A stretch of 64,000 bases of DNA from Eledone cirrhosa (GCA_964016885.1 OZ024741.1:401326001-401390000), one strand, 5' to 3'; positions 32,005-44,853 are shown, counted from the stretch's first letter. Notes: generated by a model from the sequence alone, not told the origin. A program made the numbers and translations.

Positions 32005-32345
32005 GTATTAAGGATACTATTTATGGTTATGTATACAATAAAACCTTTTATAGTTATATATATTTTAAACCCTAAATAGGGAAAGACAGTAATTCATTAC
32101 TATCTTATTACCAGTAAGATAAATAGCTCAATGTAATAACATCAGTTGTTTTACAGAGCAGTTATATAGAAATTACATTAATCAAGTTCAATTTAAATCA
32201 TTTATTTGCTTACAATTGTTTCCTCCAAACCGAGGTTTGAATTCTTCGGAGCAACTATTTAGTGATTTATAACATACTTGACCTCCTTTTCAACACAAGA
32301 GACATATAAAAACATATGTATATATTGACCCACACATATGTATAT
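32005..32345 (-). mobile_element. Solo pLTR of the Naiad copy A family
   Basis: Homologous to 5501-5820. Confidence 0.75.
32206..32254 (-). ncRNA. Hammerhead ribozyme motif, CCGAAGA (U4C) core
   Basis: Reverse complement reads TTGCT-CCGAAGA-ATTCAAAC CTCG GTTTGGAG-GAAAC AATT GTA-AGCAA; perfect 5-bp stem I; palindromic ACAATTGT. Confidence 0.7.
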
Positions 32346-32463
32346 ATTGACATACACATATATATATATACACATATATGTATATACACACACATATATA
32401 TATATACACATATATTTATACATATATATATATACACACATATATATATACACATATTTTTAT

Positions 32464-32500
<37 letters not shown>

Positions 32501-32724
32501 GGTATTATGTGGTAGAAATATATAAAGGGTAAAGGATGACAAATAAAATAAAACAGAGTAATATTTTTACGTAGTATATTTCAATATGATATTTCAGGGC
32601 TAAACCCTCTTTTCAAATGTCAAAACTAAAGCAGTTAAAAAAAAAAAAGCAAAATCGATGTGCTCTTACCTAACATCTTTAAGCATTTTTGTTTGATTAT
32701 TTTATTTGTTATTGTTTCATTCAG

Positions 32725-32827
32725 ATATTGAATCTCAAATTTGGTAATGTGGAAATCAAAGCAGATGGATTTAATGTAACTGTTCATAACAAAACAGTTG
32801 ACTATGACACAGGAATGATATTAAAAG
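32725..32827 (+). CDS. Host gene exon a (VWD domain): ILNLKFGNVEIKADGFNVTVHNKTVDYDTGMILKG
   Basis: ttcag acceptor, gtattg donor; the phase-1 end joins the next exon in frame. Confidence 0.75.
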
Positions 32828-32899
32828 GTATTGTTTTTTGTTTACTCTAAACAGTCATCGAATTCTTCTGATTAACTTTAGATTATAGATAATAGAACT

Positions 32900-33500
32900 G
32901 ATGCCATGATAAAATGTACCGAGTACATTCTGTAAAGTGGTAGCACAGGTGCCACTATGTAAAACGGTAGTATTGGTGCCTTGTTAAAATGTACTGGTGC
33001 CATGCTAGTATGTATCCAGTACACCCTGTAAAGTGGTAGTGCTGGTCCCATGATGAAATGTACCCAGTACACTCTGTAAAGTGGTAGTACTGGTGCCATT
33101 TTAAAATGTACCCAGTACAATTTGTAAAGTGGTGGTACTGGTAGCATAATAAAATGTACCCAGTACACTCTGTAAAGTGGTGGTACTGGTGCCATGATAA
33201 AATGTATCCAGTACACTCTGTAAAGTGGTGGTACTGGTATCATAATAAAATGTACCCAGTACACTCTGTAATGTGGTAGTACTGGTACCAGGCTAATATG
33301 TACCCAGTACACTCTGTAAAGTGGTAGTGCTGTTGCCATGATAAAATGTACCCAGTACACTCTGTAAAGTGGTTGTGCTGGTGCCATAATAAAATGTACC
33401 CAGTACACTCTGTAAAATGTTAATACTAGTGCCATAATAAAATGTACCCAGTACTATCTGTAAAGTGGTGGTACTGGTGCCATAATAAAATGTATACAGA
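32900..33500. repeat. 48-bp minisatellite (~12 copies)
   Basis: Unit AAAATGTACCCAGTACACTCTGTAAAGTGGTGGTACTGGTGCCATGAT with internal CCAGTAC/GTACTGG dyad. Confidence 0.9.
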
Positions 33501-33572
33501 TTCGGTGACCAAGAATTATTCATACAAAACTGTTTCTGACTTGGTTTCTATGGTTATATGCTTTTATTGTAG

Positions 33573-33737
33573 GCATGACAATTATGAAACGGTATGATTA
33601 CATCTCAATAGAAAGCAGCACATCCGATATACAGATTCTGTTCAATAAAAACATGGATATAGAACTGATTTTAGGAGACCGCTATCAAAATACTGGAATA
33701 TGTGGCCTATGTGGAAATTTTGATGGGAATCCCATGA
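33573..33737 (+). CDS. Host gene exon b (VWD C-terminus, ...GICGLCGNFDGNPM)
   Basis: CGLCGNFDG VWD signature; tgtag acceptor, gtaagt donor. Confidence 0.92.
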
Positions 33738-33844
33738 GTAAGTATAGATATAAACCTAATTTCAATATATATATACATAATTGGTTGTTTTGGAAGCCTC
33801 AACAATGCAGATGGGTAAATCTCCGGGTAACAGAATCAGGTGGT

Positions 33845-33847
<3 letters not shown>

Positions 33848-33940
<93 letters not shown>
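33848..33940. repeat. (GA)n microsatellite
   Basis: Directly visible. Confidence 0.95.
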
Positions 33941-33943
<3 letters not shown>

Positions 33944-34143
33944 AAATGTAGCATGAGACGTATAGGGTGTAGAGGAACGTAGGAAAGAGTGTAAAAATAA
34001 TAACACGAGATAAACTTACCTTGGAAGTGATTTAATTGTAACTATATTTCGGATTTCGCATAGATCAACTGGGGGTTTTCCGAGGGGGAACGTCTTTAGT
34101 TGGAGAGGGACAACATGTGGCCTCTGTTTTCTATCGTATGTGT

Positions 34144-34221
<78 letters not shown>

Positions 34222-34344
34222 CAGTGATGATGATGATATATAGTATGAACCTATTTTTCTTTTGAGGTAATAGAAAAGAATTTTGAAAATCTAGAATGTT
34301 CAGACATGTTAAAATATGATGTTTGTAGTTTTCAAAATCTTCAC

Positions 34345-34700
34345 TGACAGCTTGCCAAACTGAGGTAACTGGTGATGCTTGTGGGGGTGCTTGGTTGTTC
34401 CAGCACCTCAGCCTCGTCATCACCCGAGGTAACGCTGTGAGCATGCTGGTTTGCCTCAAATATTATTTGAGAGGTTTCCCAGTGCTCCTCACAATACTGT
34501 TATCTTTTACTCTGGTAGCGGCTCGTTTGTCCACCCATTTTGCCTGCCTTTTGTTGTATGTGGTCCTAGATGTGTGTATTACCTGCTTATGTGTTTCTTT
34601 CCCTCTCCTTTGTATATATTATATTTGTTTGTGTTTTCGTCCTGTAAGCCTTATATTATATTTTTTTAACTACAATTTAGTTCCTCTCAGCACCACCTCT
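34345..34700 (+). mobile_element. CRE-like non-LTR retrotransposon 3' fragment
   Basis: Translates VTGDACGGAWLFQHLSLVITRGNAVSML, resembling the QRLS.A.QRGNA C-terminal motif. A related piece (SLAITRGNAASVL) is at 41135-41200. Confidence 0.6.
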
Positions 34701-34724
34701 AGCTTTGTGTCCCTAACTTTAATA

Positions 34725-34918
34725 ATAATTGTTTCTACTTTTGGCACAAGGCCAGCAATTACTCCAGTGTATTACTGGTACTTTATTTTATCGACCCCGT
34801 AAGGATGAAAGGCAAAGTTAACCTCGGTGGGATTTGAACTCAGACTGTAAAGGGACGTAACTCTATGCTACAAAGCATGGTGTCCGACCCTCTACCGATA
34901 CTGTCAATCCACTGCCAA
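34725..34918 (-). mobile_element. tRNA-derived SINE
   Basis: Minus strand has GAGTTCAAATCC (B-box) followed by AACTTTGCCTTTCATCC..GGGGTCGATAAAATAAAGTACCAG; copies at 49295-49492 and 56828-57003. Confidence 0.75.
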
Positions 34919-34989
34919 CTTTATTAACAATAAATATAAGGAATTAAATATAGTAATATCTATATAAATTGTAAACAAAGAATATATGA

Positions 34990-35403
34990 AGCCAATTTTT
35001 CCACCATTTAACCTTGAAAAATTGTCCTCTGCCGCCGGAAGTGGATGGTGGTATGTTTTTAAGCAGTCGTTCAATCCTGTAGAGAAATCAGCACACAGCC
35101 TAATCTTACTTTTTTTTAAATACATACCATGGGTGCTGCCCACTTCGAGTAATCTACCTTTTTGATGACTCAACTGTTTTCTAGTCTGTCCAACTCTTAC
35201 GGTTTCAATTGCCACGAACGGTACTTTTCTGTTTGCTTTAAATACAGGTACCATGTTTTCACTTACTTGAAAATAGCTTCCGTCTTTCTACATAGATCTA
35301 AATCCTCTGATAACACTTGCGGGAGCATTTTTTTTTTTTTCTACAGCTTTTCCGAAGACTTATTTTTAACGGGACAACCATTTATGTTATTGCAGTAAAG
35401 ATT

Positions 35404-35408
<5 letters not shown>
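34990..35408 (-). mobile_element. Gypsy LTR retrotransposon remnant, RT N-terminal part
   Basis: PVFKANRKVPF..KIRLCADFSTGLNDCL..HPLP..FSRLNGGK; continues the 39791-41130 piece. Confidence 0.8.
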
Positions 35409-35460
<52 letters not shown>

Positions 35461-35465
<5 letters not shown>

Positions 35466-38400
35466 CGTAAAGAAAATAAGAATGAAGAGAGAAGCAGGCG
35501 GACGGACAGAGAAGAGGGGGGAAAAACTAAAACTTAAAAAACAAAAACTAAGTCAGACATTCGAACACTACATTACAATGAAACTTATGCTTATTCATTT
35601 TTGGGACCCTTTCTGCCTGTGTGTTTGTTTGTTTATGTGTGTTCGTATACAGCGTGGTGATAATGCCACACAAGGGCCAAGTGGGATGGCGGATCCACAG
35701 ATGGCTATGTAACCATACATTCACCAATCCTCGATAAGAGTGTTTAAATATCGAACATAAACAGTTCGAATAACGGTGAAATGGAGACTAGAACGTCATG
35801 TGACAGACTCTCACCCAACAGGTGCCCCCTGGCTCAGCAGCAGGAACCTGACTGTCAACCAAATACTGCTGATGTTGGAGGAAGAAGAAGAAGGAAAGGG
35901 GCCAGAACCAACTGGACGAAAGAATTGAATAGAACTGTTATGCAATGCTACCTGAAAAGTAACCCAAGGAGAGGGGCTACAGGAGACGGATGCATAACAT
36001 CTGGAACGAGATTGGTTTATTTAAATTAGATGAACAAAAATTGGCCGGGCAGGCTCGGGTAATAAGAACTAATGGGTGGATAAGCGAGCTGGAACTGGAG
36101 GAACTGAGCAGAGAGAATGGCTTGGAGATGGCGGGTGTAGTATGCCAGACAAGCGAGCCAGTGGGAAATGAAGGTGAAGAGGTCCTGAGAACGGAGGAAC
36201 CACTCGAAGCAGACAATGATCTGAATACTGAGATAAATAATACCTGGAACAGAGATACGGCCACTGAGGAGATGAATGCTGACGGGCTAGGACAAGATTC
36301 GGTTGACATCCTAAATTTAGTGGTAGATGAATTGAACAATGATAGTGGGAGACCTATGAACCTAAGATTTGTAGACAGGAAAAAGTTAAAAGAAACAACA
36401 GCTAAGGTAAACAAAGTCATCCCATACCTTGAGGCGAGGAGCCTTCACCAGTGCAACAATATCCTCAAAGCAACAGCAAATACGGTGAGGAAACTACTTG
36501 GTATAAAAGCGAGAGGAAACAACAGACAAGAAAGAGCAGAGCCGTGGTGGAAGAAGCGACTGAGTGGGCAAATCGGAGAAATGAGAAATGACATAGGAAA
36601 GCTTGAGTCACTACTGAATGGGACACTAAAAAACATAGGCACTAAAAATAGACTGGAAATAAAATACAAAACTAGGAGTAAAAAGCTAAATATTATCATA
36701 GAGGAATTGAAGCAACGCATTGTAGCAAAGAGTGCAAAAATCAGGCGATACGAGAACAGAGTCAGTCAGTATAAACAGAACCGCATGTTCGACAACAACC
36801 AGAAGATGCTGTTTGGACAGCTTGAGGGGAAAGAAAGAGGCAACGACTTGATCCCTGGGGCGGAACAAACTAAAACATTCTGGAGAGGAATATGGGAGCA
36901 GGATGTTAGACATAATGCCCAAGCAGGGTGGATTGAGACAGTACAGAGGGAGATCGGTGAGCAGGCACAACAACAAACTGATTTGAGTATCACAGTTGAA
37001 ACTCTTAAGGGGCAGGCCAAAAAACTAACCAACTGGAAATCACCAGGCCCAGATGGTGTGCAGGGGTATTGGATTAAACATTTAACATCCCTCCACCCGA
37101 AGCTGACGGCCATGTTCAATGACTGCTTGGTGTCGGGTGAGGTGCCAGAGTGGTTGACAAAAGGTACCACAGTTCTGATAATGAAAGACCGAATCAAGGG
37201 TAATGATGTTACCAACTATAGACCTATCACATGTCTGTCCGTAATGTGGAAACTGTTGACGAGCATTGTGTCTGAGGAAATCTACCATCACCTCCACACA
37301 AACAACTTGTTACCGGACGAACAGAAAGGATGCCGAAAGAAGTCACGTGGTACAAAGGACCAGTTACTTGTTGATAAGATGGTAATGGGGAATTGCAGGA
37401 GGAGACACACTGATCTTGCCATGGGATGGATAGACTACAGAAAGGCATTTGACATGGTGCCTCATTCTTGGATCACCAAAAGCCTGGAGATCTTCAGGGT
37501 GGTAGATAACATCAGACAGTTGCTGGGCAGGAGTATGGGGTCCTGGGAGACAGAGTTGACATCAACTGGAGTATCCTTGGGAAGCGTGAAGATCAAGAGA
37601 GATATCTTCCAGGGAGATAGCCTGTCCCCTCTGTTGTTTGTCCTTGCCCTAATGCCCTTGACCATTATGCTGCGAAAAGTGAGAGCAGGATACAAGTTGG
37701 GAAGGGGAGAGCTTACCATCAATCACCTCCTCTTCATGGACGATCTTAAGCTCTTCGGGAAAAGTGAGAAGGAGTTGGATGTGCTTGTTGACACTGTCCG
37801 TATTTTCAGCAGTGATATATGTATGCAGTTTGGTATTGGTAAATGTGGAGTCATTGTGATGAGGAGGGGTAGGTTGAGCAGAAGTAGCGGGATCCAGATA
37901 CCAACAGGTGAGATGATAAAGGAAATTGACTCTGAGGAAGGATACAAGTATTTGGGCGTTCTGGAGGCTGATGGCATAAAGAACAAAAAAATGAAGGAAT
38001 TGTTAAGAACTGAATACATTCGGAGAGTAAGGAGCGTATTGAAGTCACATCTGAACAGCAGAAATGCCATAAGCGCAGTAAATTCCCGAGCTGTGTCTAT
38101 TATTAGGTACAGTGCGGGAATTCTGAGATGGAATGTTGCTGAACAAAAAGAAATGGATAGGAAGACTAGGAAGCTATTGACTATCTACAACATGTTCCAC
38201 AAGAGGAGTGATGTCGATAGACTCTACCTAAGGAGATCTGAGGGTGGAAGAGGTCTTATCAGCATAGAGGACTGTGTTCAGATGGAGAAAAACAACCTAT
38301 ACAAATACGTGACCTATAGTAAGGAGCCAATGCTCAAAACTGTACTGAAGGAGGGGACAGTAGGCCAGGGGATGTCCAAGGAGGAAATAACATCAAGGAG

Positions 38401-39250
38401 GAAGAGCAGCCTTAAGGGAAAATCCCTTCATAGTACCTTCTTTGAGAAAACTGAATTTAGAGATCCACAGACATGGAACTGGTTGAGAAGAGGAGACCTC
38501 AAAAAGGCTACAGAAGGAATGATAATGGCTGCGCAGGAGCAGGCCCTCAAAACGAAGTGGTTGAAGCACCATATTTACAAGGAGGAGGCTAGCCCACTGT
38601 GCAGGATCTGTGGAGAGAGAGAGGAGACTGTGGCTCACATTGTGTCCGAGTGTAAACACCTAGCCCAGACCCACTATAAGGGCTGGAGACACGATGTGAT
38701 GGGCAGGGTGATCCACTGGCACCTGTGCAAAGTAAACAATTTACCACATTCTGAGAAATGGTATGAGCATAGGCCGGAGGCGGTGATGGAGAACAATCAG
38801 GTGAAGGTGCTGTGGGATTTTAGGATACAAACGGACAAAAAACTGGAACACAATAGACCTGACCTGGTGGTTGTGGACAAAGAAAAAAGATCGTGTCTGA
38901 TTGTGGATGTGGCCTGCCCGTTCGACACGAGAGTGCAAGAGAAGGAGAGGGAGAAAATTAACCGATACCAGGACCTAAAGTGGGAGGTGAAAAGGATTTG
39001 GAACTGCCATGAAGTCAAAGTGATCCCAATTGTCATAGGCGCACTGGGGACTATCTCCAAAAGTTTCCAGGGATGGTTAAAGAAAATCGGCCCCTTCACG
39101 CTTTTTGGAACGCTTCAAAAGGCATGCTTGCTTGGAACAGCAAGAACCCTCCGATACGTCCTGAATATCTGAGGCTGCAGGTAGTGGCTTGATATTCATT
39201 CCAACGGACTTTCCAGTTAACCAACATCAATGACTGAGATTCAAGGAATA
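35461..39250 (+). mobile_element. Full-length R4/Dong-clade non-LTR retrotransposon inserted in (TAA)n
   Basis: (TAA)n at 35408-35460 and 39255-39279 flank a single RT-CCHC-RLE ORF. Confidence 0.88.
35781..39172 (+). CDS. R4/Dong RT plus restriction-like endonuclease (frameshift ~35970 joins the N-terminal WTKELN..CY module to ORF 35990-39172)
   Basis: KSPGPDG, YRPITCL, WIDYRKAFD, FQGDSLSP, FMDD, YKYLG, CRIC..H..C, RPDLVV..IVDVACP, EKINRYQDL. Confidence 0.9.
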
Positions 39251-39279
39251 ACAACAATAATAATAATAATAATAATAAT

Positions 39280-39790
39280 GAAATTATTGTGTGCAGTGCT
39301 CAGTGCACTACAACTCATCAAAGGTGCATATGTAGTACATATACAAATGTTAGGGAAGTGAATAGTGATATATATGTGTGCGTGTGTATGGAGGGGGAAT
39401 ATTAGGTGTAGTGTTGGCGAATCTCAGGAAGCATGGAGGTTTTAAAGGATGCAGTGTCTCGACAGCTAACAACTGATGCAGGGAGTTTGTTCCATGCTTC
39501 AGCAACTCTGAGCGTGAAAAAATGTTTCCGAAAGTCATGGGAGCTGTGCTGTTTTCTGACTTTGTTGGCATGCCCACGTGTGTTAGACACATGGAAATAA
39601 AAAAGGTACTCAGGGTTATTGTTGGCAAGATGGTTAATAATTCTGTGGGTGTTTACCAAGTCAGTTGCCAGACGTCGGAGCTTCAATGTATGGGGAAGCA
39701 AGGCGTTCAGAGTATGGTAGATGCCTGATTGAGGGTATTCGCTTGAGGGTATTCTGAACAGTTTCCAGGCGGTCATTGTTTTGAGCAAGA
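39280..39790 (-). mobile_element. CR1/L2-like LINE 3' fragment with (ATT)n tail
   Basis: LRRLATDL..TRGH..RKHFFTLRVAEAWNKLP..FK; the 3' UTR ends in CATTATTATT. Confidence 0.8.
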
Positions 39791-41130
39791 TAGGGGAGGT
39801 GCCATAAATCTGTGCCAAACAGATTGATTGTATTATCCACAACGAATAATTTTGTTTCGTGTCTCTCTCCACGAAATGTGACGTCGATGTTTTGCCCAAG
39901 AAATGTAATTTATCGCCCGTTACACCACGCGCTATTTTCGCTGTTTTACGTAATCTCGGTTTACCAATTTTTTCCCAGGTATCCGCATTTATAATCGATA
40001 TATCACTACCTGTGTCTAACTGTAATTTGGTATTCACGACATTTATTTTTACGTGCACGAATTTTCTTGTTTTTCCGTCGCAATCACTCTCCGCTGAAAA
40101 CACCTTAGAACTTTTTGTGTCTTTTTGCCTCGTAGTCTTGTTCGACAGTGAGAACTCCTGTGTCCCAGCTTCTGACAACTATAGCATTTTTGGTATTTAA
40201 ACGGACAGTCCTTTTTATAGCGTAGGCCTCCACAACCACAACACGGAGTGGGGCCTGACACTTCTTTTTATTGTGCTTCCCGGGGCCATACATTTGAATT
40301 TCTGCAGTCTTTATCTTGTATTTTTTCACATCATGTTTAAGATTTACCATAGTCTGTAGAGATAAATCTTGGTTTGTTTGCTCTATTTTCAAGAAAATCC
40401 TTGCTCGAATTGCTCTATCTTCAGGTGCTATAAGTCCTTGCACGAAGATAAGTGATTGGAACATATTCTGAGTGAGATGTTGGAGTTTTAAATTTTCACA
40501 CATACGGTTGACTTCTTTGGCGTAGGTTATAAAATCCTCCTCATTCTAGTTCCATACACTTCGTTCTGGTGTTAAACAATGAACTTCTAAAACAAAATAT
40601 TTTTTAAAGCAATTCCACGGTTTCTTGGAAACCAATCTCACTCAACTTTGGGGGGGGGGGGGGGGGGGGGGGGCAGAATAAAGTAACAGTAACGCTCATG
40701 TTCGGCAGGAGCTACCTTGCCTTACTTTCTGCTCCTCCAACCATGACTTACACTCGTTGTTAAAAATTTCCTAGTCTCTTCTAATAATACTCTCCTCTGG
40801 AAATTGCGTTAGTCCCTCCGTCTGGCGTGAACACGCTTACTAGACTTTTAGACTTCGTCCACTGTAACTCAATTAATTGTTGTTGTAGTATTTGTTTTTG
40901 CAACTCCTGTAGTTGTTCCTGTTGCTCCTCTTGAAGCTGAACTACTGCGGCTAATAGGTTTTCCATGACGCAGAAATTGTCAAATAACCAATGTGAGTTT
41001 CGAACTGTCTTTGGCGCCAGATGTTATGTCCTTATGCAGAAACGATATACACTGCAACAGTGTAATAACAATATAATCGAAACAAACGGCATTAACCAGA
41101 CGTAACGGAACAACAGTCTTTTAAGAACCA
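39791..41130 (-). mobile_element. Gypsy remnant: LTR end, PBS, gag (Zn knuckles), protease
   Basis: LTR ends ...TAACA at 41022 followed by TCTGGCGCC (PBS). gag starts at 40966; CYSCQKLGHRSSHC; LDTGSDISII; many frameshifts. Confidence 0.82.
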
Positions 41131-41439
41131 ACAATCTAGCCTCGCCATCACCCGAGGCAATGCTGCGAGTGTGCTGGCTTGCCTCAAAAATCATTAGAGA
41201 GGTTGTCCGGTACCCCTCGCGGCTGTCTTTTGCTCTGGTGTTGGCTCGAGTTTTCACCCCTTCCTTTACATTTTCTTTAATATTGCAACATTAAAAGAAT
41301 ATATCCTTCTGGAAGAATTGCGAGCAATTTATAATGTAATCTAAGCATTTGTAATGTTATTTATGTATATATTTAAAACATATTTGTTATGTTATTCTAC
41401 TGTAAATTTATATAAAGACACACTAACTTGAACTGTGAA

Positions 41440-41680
41440 CTCAACTTTGACAATCAACACGCGAACTGTGGAACTAGTACCAACTTTGACTATTAACGCA
41501 CGAGCTGTGGAACTAGTACCAACTTTGACTATTAACGCACGAGCTGTGGGACTAGTACCAACTTTGACTATTAACACACGAGCTGTGGGACTAGTATCAA
41601 CTTCGACTATCAACACACGAACTATGGAACTAGTACCAACTTTGACTATCAACACACAAACTGTGGAACTAGTACCCACT
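41440..41680. repeat. 42-bp minisatellite (~5.5 copies)
   Basis: Unit CAACTTTGACTATTAACGCACGAGCTGTGGAACTAGTAC..; appears as a 14-aa period in the ORF track. Confidence 0.9.
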
Positions 41681-41699
41681 TATTCAGGCTGTTACTATT

Positions 41700-41945
41700 T
41701 ATATGTAGTGGTCCAGCCCACTCTCGCACAACAATGGTGGGAAGCGACTGAGCGTACATGACTCCACCCTGGACAGGACACTAGTCTGTTAAATCCCCAG
41801 CTATTGTTGGTGTTCATTTCCAGCCGAGTATACTGGAGCAACGTGAAATGAAGTGTTTTGTTCAAGAATACAACACACAACCCAGCCCAAGAATCAAACG
41901 CACGGCATTATAATTGTAAGTCCAATACCCTTACCACTAGATCAC
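41700..41945 (-). mobile_element. CORE-like SINE
   Basis: CTGGAGCAACGTGAAATGAAGTGTTTTGTTCAAG resembles the reverse of the CORE domain; related copy at 56610-56800. Confidence 0.6.
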
Positions 41946-42062
41946 ATATCATCCAGTCCAGAAATTTAACCCACAACATTATAATTATAAGTCCAACACC
42001 CTTACTACTAGGTCACAAAAAAAGTAAAATACATTTTCATGTGATGTTTTTGTTAATTTCAG

Positions 42063-42148
42063 ATGACTTTATAAAAAGAGATGGAGAAATTTCCTCTTCT
42101 GAAATAGCCTTTATGTCCTCATATAAAAGTTACGAGACTGTGCATCAG
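42063..42148 (+). CDS. Host gene exon c: (N)DFIKRDGEISSSEIAFMSSYKSYETVHQ
   Basis: tttcag acceptor, gtaatc donor; phase 1 in, phase 0 out; NDF..DG follows CGNFDG as in VWD domains. Confidence 0.88.
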
Positions 42149-42394
42149 GTAATCATTGTAGCTTTCTTACTGTTATGTTATTGTTGTTACCCAAGGTAGC
42201 AGAAAGTCAGGGATGAGTGTATCAAGTGAATATTTGATAATAATCAGCCAAAGGGTCAGTGGGTTATGTCCTCCAGTTGTCAGCGATTACATTGCATCTG
42301 CAGCCAAGATACTTAACTCTGAGGTAGCCTAGTCTATCTGGCTGTAAATAGGTCCCATAAACTGTAAATAAATCGTCAGTGTAAGCAGCAGAAA

Positions 42395-42830
42395 CAGTGT
42401 ACCTTGAACTAGTGTTTTATAAGCGTATAATATTGAAAAACAGTGTAGATGTAACTAATGTTTTATAAGTGTATAATATTGAGAGACAGTGTAGATGTAA
42501 CTAATGTTTTTTAAGTGTACAATATTGAGAGACAGTGTAGATTTGACTAGTGTCTTATAAGTGTATAATATTGAGAAACAGTGTAGATGTAACTAATGTT
42601 TTATAAGTGAGAGACAGTGTAGATTTTGAGAGATAGTGTAGATTTGACTAGTGTCTTATAAGTGTATAATATTGAGAGACTTGAGATAAGGTCGTAAAAT
42701 TGAGACAAGGTCGTAGATTTGAGACAAAGTTATATACTTGAATAAAACTTGTAGAATTGAATCAAGGTTGTAGACTTAAATCAAGGTCGTAGAACCGAAA
42801 CAAGGTCATAGACTTGAGATATGGTCTTAC
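42395..42830. repeat. 46-bp minisatellite followed by a 19-bp degenerate repeat
   Basis: ACAGTGTAGATGTAACTAATGTTTTATAAGTGTATAATATTGAGAG, then TTGAGACAAGGTCGTAGAT. Confidence 0.8.
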
Positions 42831-43409
42831 GCTTGGCTTGCCAGTGATGTGTTTATACTTTATATCAGTAACTATAACTTACAAGGAATATTTATTCAGG
42901 CCAAATTCCTATATCTAAACTATAATAAAGTAAAGAGTGCGGGACTGCGTACGGTTTATAATTTGTTATCCCATTAGTAAAATAAGTTGGATTACTTTGA
43001 ATAAATAATGTATGAATATTACATAAGTTATCTACTAAAATTCGTGGCTGTTGATTAATTATATTTTATTGTTTATTTTAAGATTCACTTCTTTAAAATT
43101 TTCAAATGTCAACACTTCCGGTTAGCGATCGCTTAAATAAATATTCATATATTTCCGTCACTAATTTTCTCCTAATGCAGTTTATATATAATATCGTCTT
43201 TTTTAAATGTATCATGGATTACGTTACTGATTACATAAGACAGTGTAAAGCAGTCTTCGTTCTATTTCTGTGTATATTGTCAATTACGATTTTATTTTGA
43301 TGTATCATATCTACATGTATATATACTTGCGTATAATATCAATATACACACTACACGTGCTAGCAGAAACCCACTCAAAAAGTGTTTTTTTCTGTTAGTA
43401 TATATAAAA

Positions 43410-44000
43410 ACTCATCAGTACTCCACCAACATACCAAAATAGAACATAGCGGCACATTAGAGAACATAGAGATAAAAATTATATCCACACACAGAAAAGA
43501 TGCAATGCTCAGACAAATCACAGAGGCAACAAACATAAACTAACTCCAACCAAAATTAAACAGAAAACATGAGTGGAATAACAACATCACAGAATGAAGA
43601 CATACAGACACACAAAAAAAAACTAACAAAACAAATCAGACACACACAGATAGAACAAACAGCCAACTAGTGACAAGTAAATAAACACATAAATAAATAA
43701 ACAAACACACACCCACACCCGGATGTAACGCATGCGCATACTAAGCACACAAGCACACAATACACAAAACACAAAAAACGAGATGGTGTAGGACAGAACA
43801 AAGGAGAGACACAAAATAAAAACCTAGTCACTGAGGAGGTCACAGAATGTGTGACGAAAGAGCTTTGACAATATATAAAAAACCATCCGGTTGTCAAACC
43901 AACCAACCAACTGGATATTTATAATAAATTGAAGTGAAAACTAACATGTGCGTGTGTTTTTATTGGCAGCGTGACCCTCCCAAAGTATAACAATATATAT
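43410..44000 (+). mobile_element. 5'-truncated PLE (GIY-YIG tail plus 3' UTR), same family as 16275-17130
   Basis: SSVLHQHTKIEH..IEIKIISTHRKDAMLRQITEA..LNRKHEW; both end ..ACCCTCCC(C)AAGTATAACAA followed by (TA)n. Confidence 0.8.
43827..43869 (+). ncRNA. Hammerhead ribozyme motif with an extra nt after A9
   Basis: GTCA-CTGAGGA-G-GTCACA GAATG TGTGAC-GAAAG AG CTT-TGAC. Confidence 0.65.
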
Positions 44001-44285
44001 ATATATATATTTGAAAAAAAGGAAAAGAATGATTTCACTTGTAGTTTTAAACAAATTGATTTAATTTTATAATGAGTTGGTAGATGTAGTAAGTTCTTTA
44101 ACTTTGCTGGGAAGATTTTTAAAGATTCCTGGTTAACTTTCCTGGAGAACTTTCTCGTATTCATCAGTGGCGATTGTCAAACTGAGATTATATAAGAGAG
44201 AGTTGGGTGTGTCGGGGGGAGGGGGGGGTAATGAGTGTGGGAGTGAAGGAGTGTTGATGAAGATTTAAAGGAATTAAAGCATACA

Positions 44286-44327
<42 letters not shown>

Positions 44328-44535
44328 CATATATACACAGCAAGATAATGGGATGGGAGTGTTTAAGAAAGGGGCTGTAAAAGTCCCCTCCTGCTGGTTC
44401 CATTTCAATATTATATTCTTTAAGGTCATTTATTGAAATGGAACCAGCAGGAGGGGACTTTTACAGCTTCTTTGTGAAGTCATTCTTTTCCTTTTTTTCA
44501 AATATACCTAACTGTACCAAGGATCTCACACATGT

Positions 44536-44628
<93 letters not shown>

Positions 44629-44757
44629 GTATATGTTGGTTAGTTACCAACACCTCAGTATGCAGGTTGGAGCACTCAACACCTGTTGTTTTTATATATT
44701 TATATTTTACTTCTATTTGTAAATAACAGAATTATTGAATCTATTTTCAATCTACAG

Positions 44758-44853
44758 TGTATCACAGAAGACTTTGGACCATGTAAAAATGTTTCAAAGA
44801 ATAACAGATGTTCGGAATTATTGGAAATACCTTTTGTGAATTGTCATAAAAAG
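44758..44853 (+). CDS. Host gene exon d: CITEDFGPCKNVSKNNRCSELLEIPFVNCHKK (start of C8)
   Basis: tacag acceptor, gtgagt donor; phase 0/0; C..L...F..CH motif. Confidence 0.9.

Noticed and set aside
32878-33435. 16-aa repeat protein (also the 14-aa ORF at 41392-41761 and the His/Cys ORFs at 55648-56675)
   Set aside because: These are translations of intronic minisatellites with no splice or domain support.
39402-40178. 258-aa ORF as a novel protease fusion
   Set aside because: It is a chance read-through of Gypsy protease into the CR1/L2 fragment.
40649-40674. Poly-G run as a G-quadruplex element
   Set aside because: It is a homopolymer inside decayed gag; its length is unreliable and there is no functional evidence.
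34400-41200. Repeats at ~34410 and ~41140 as the two Gypsy LTRs
   Set aside because: They are short and diverged and translate to a CRE-like RGNA motif, so they are independent LINE fragments.
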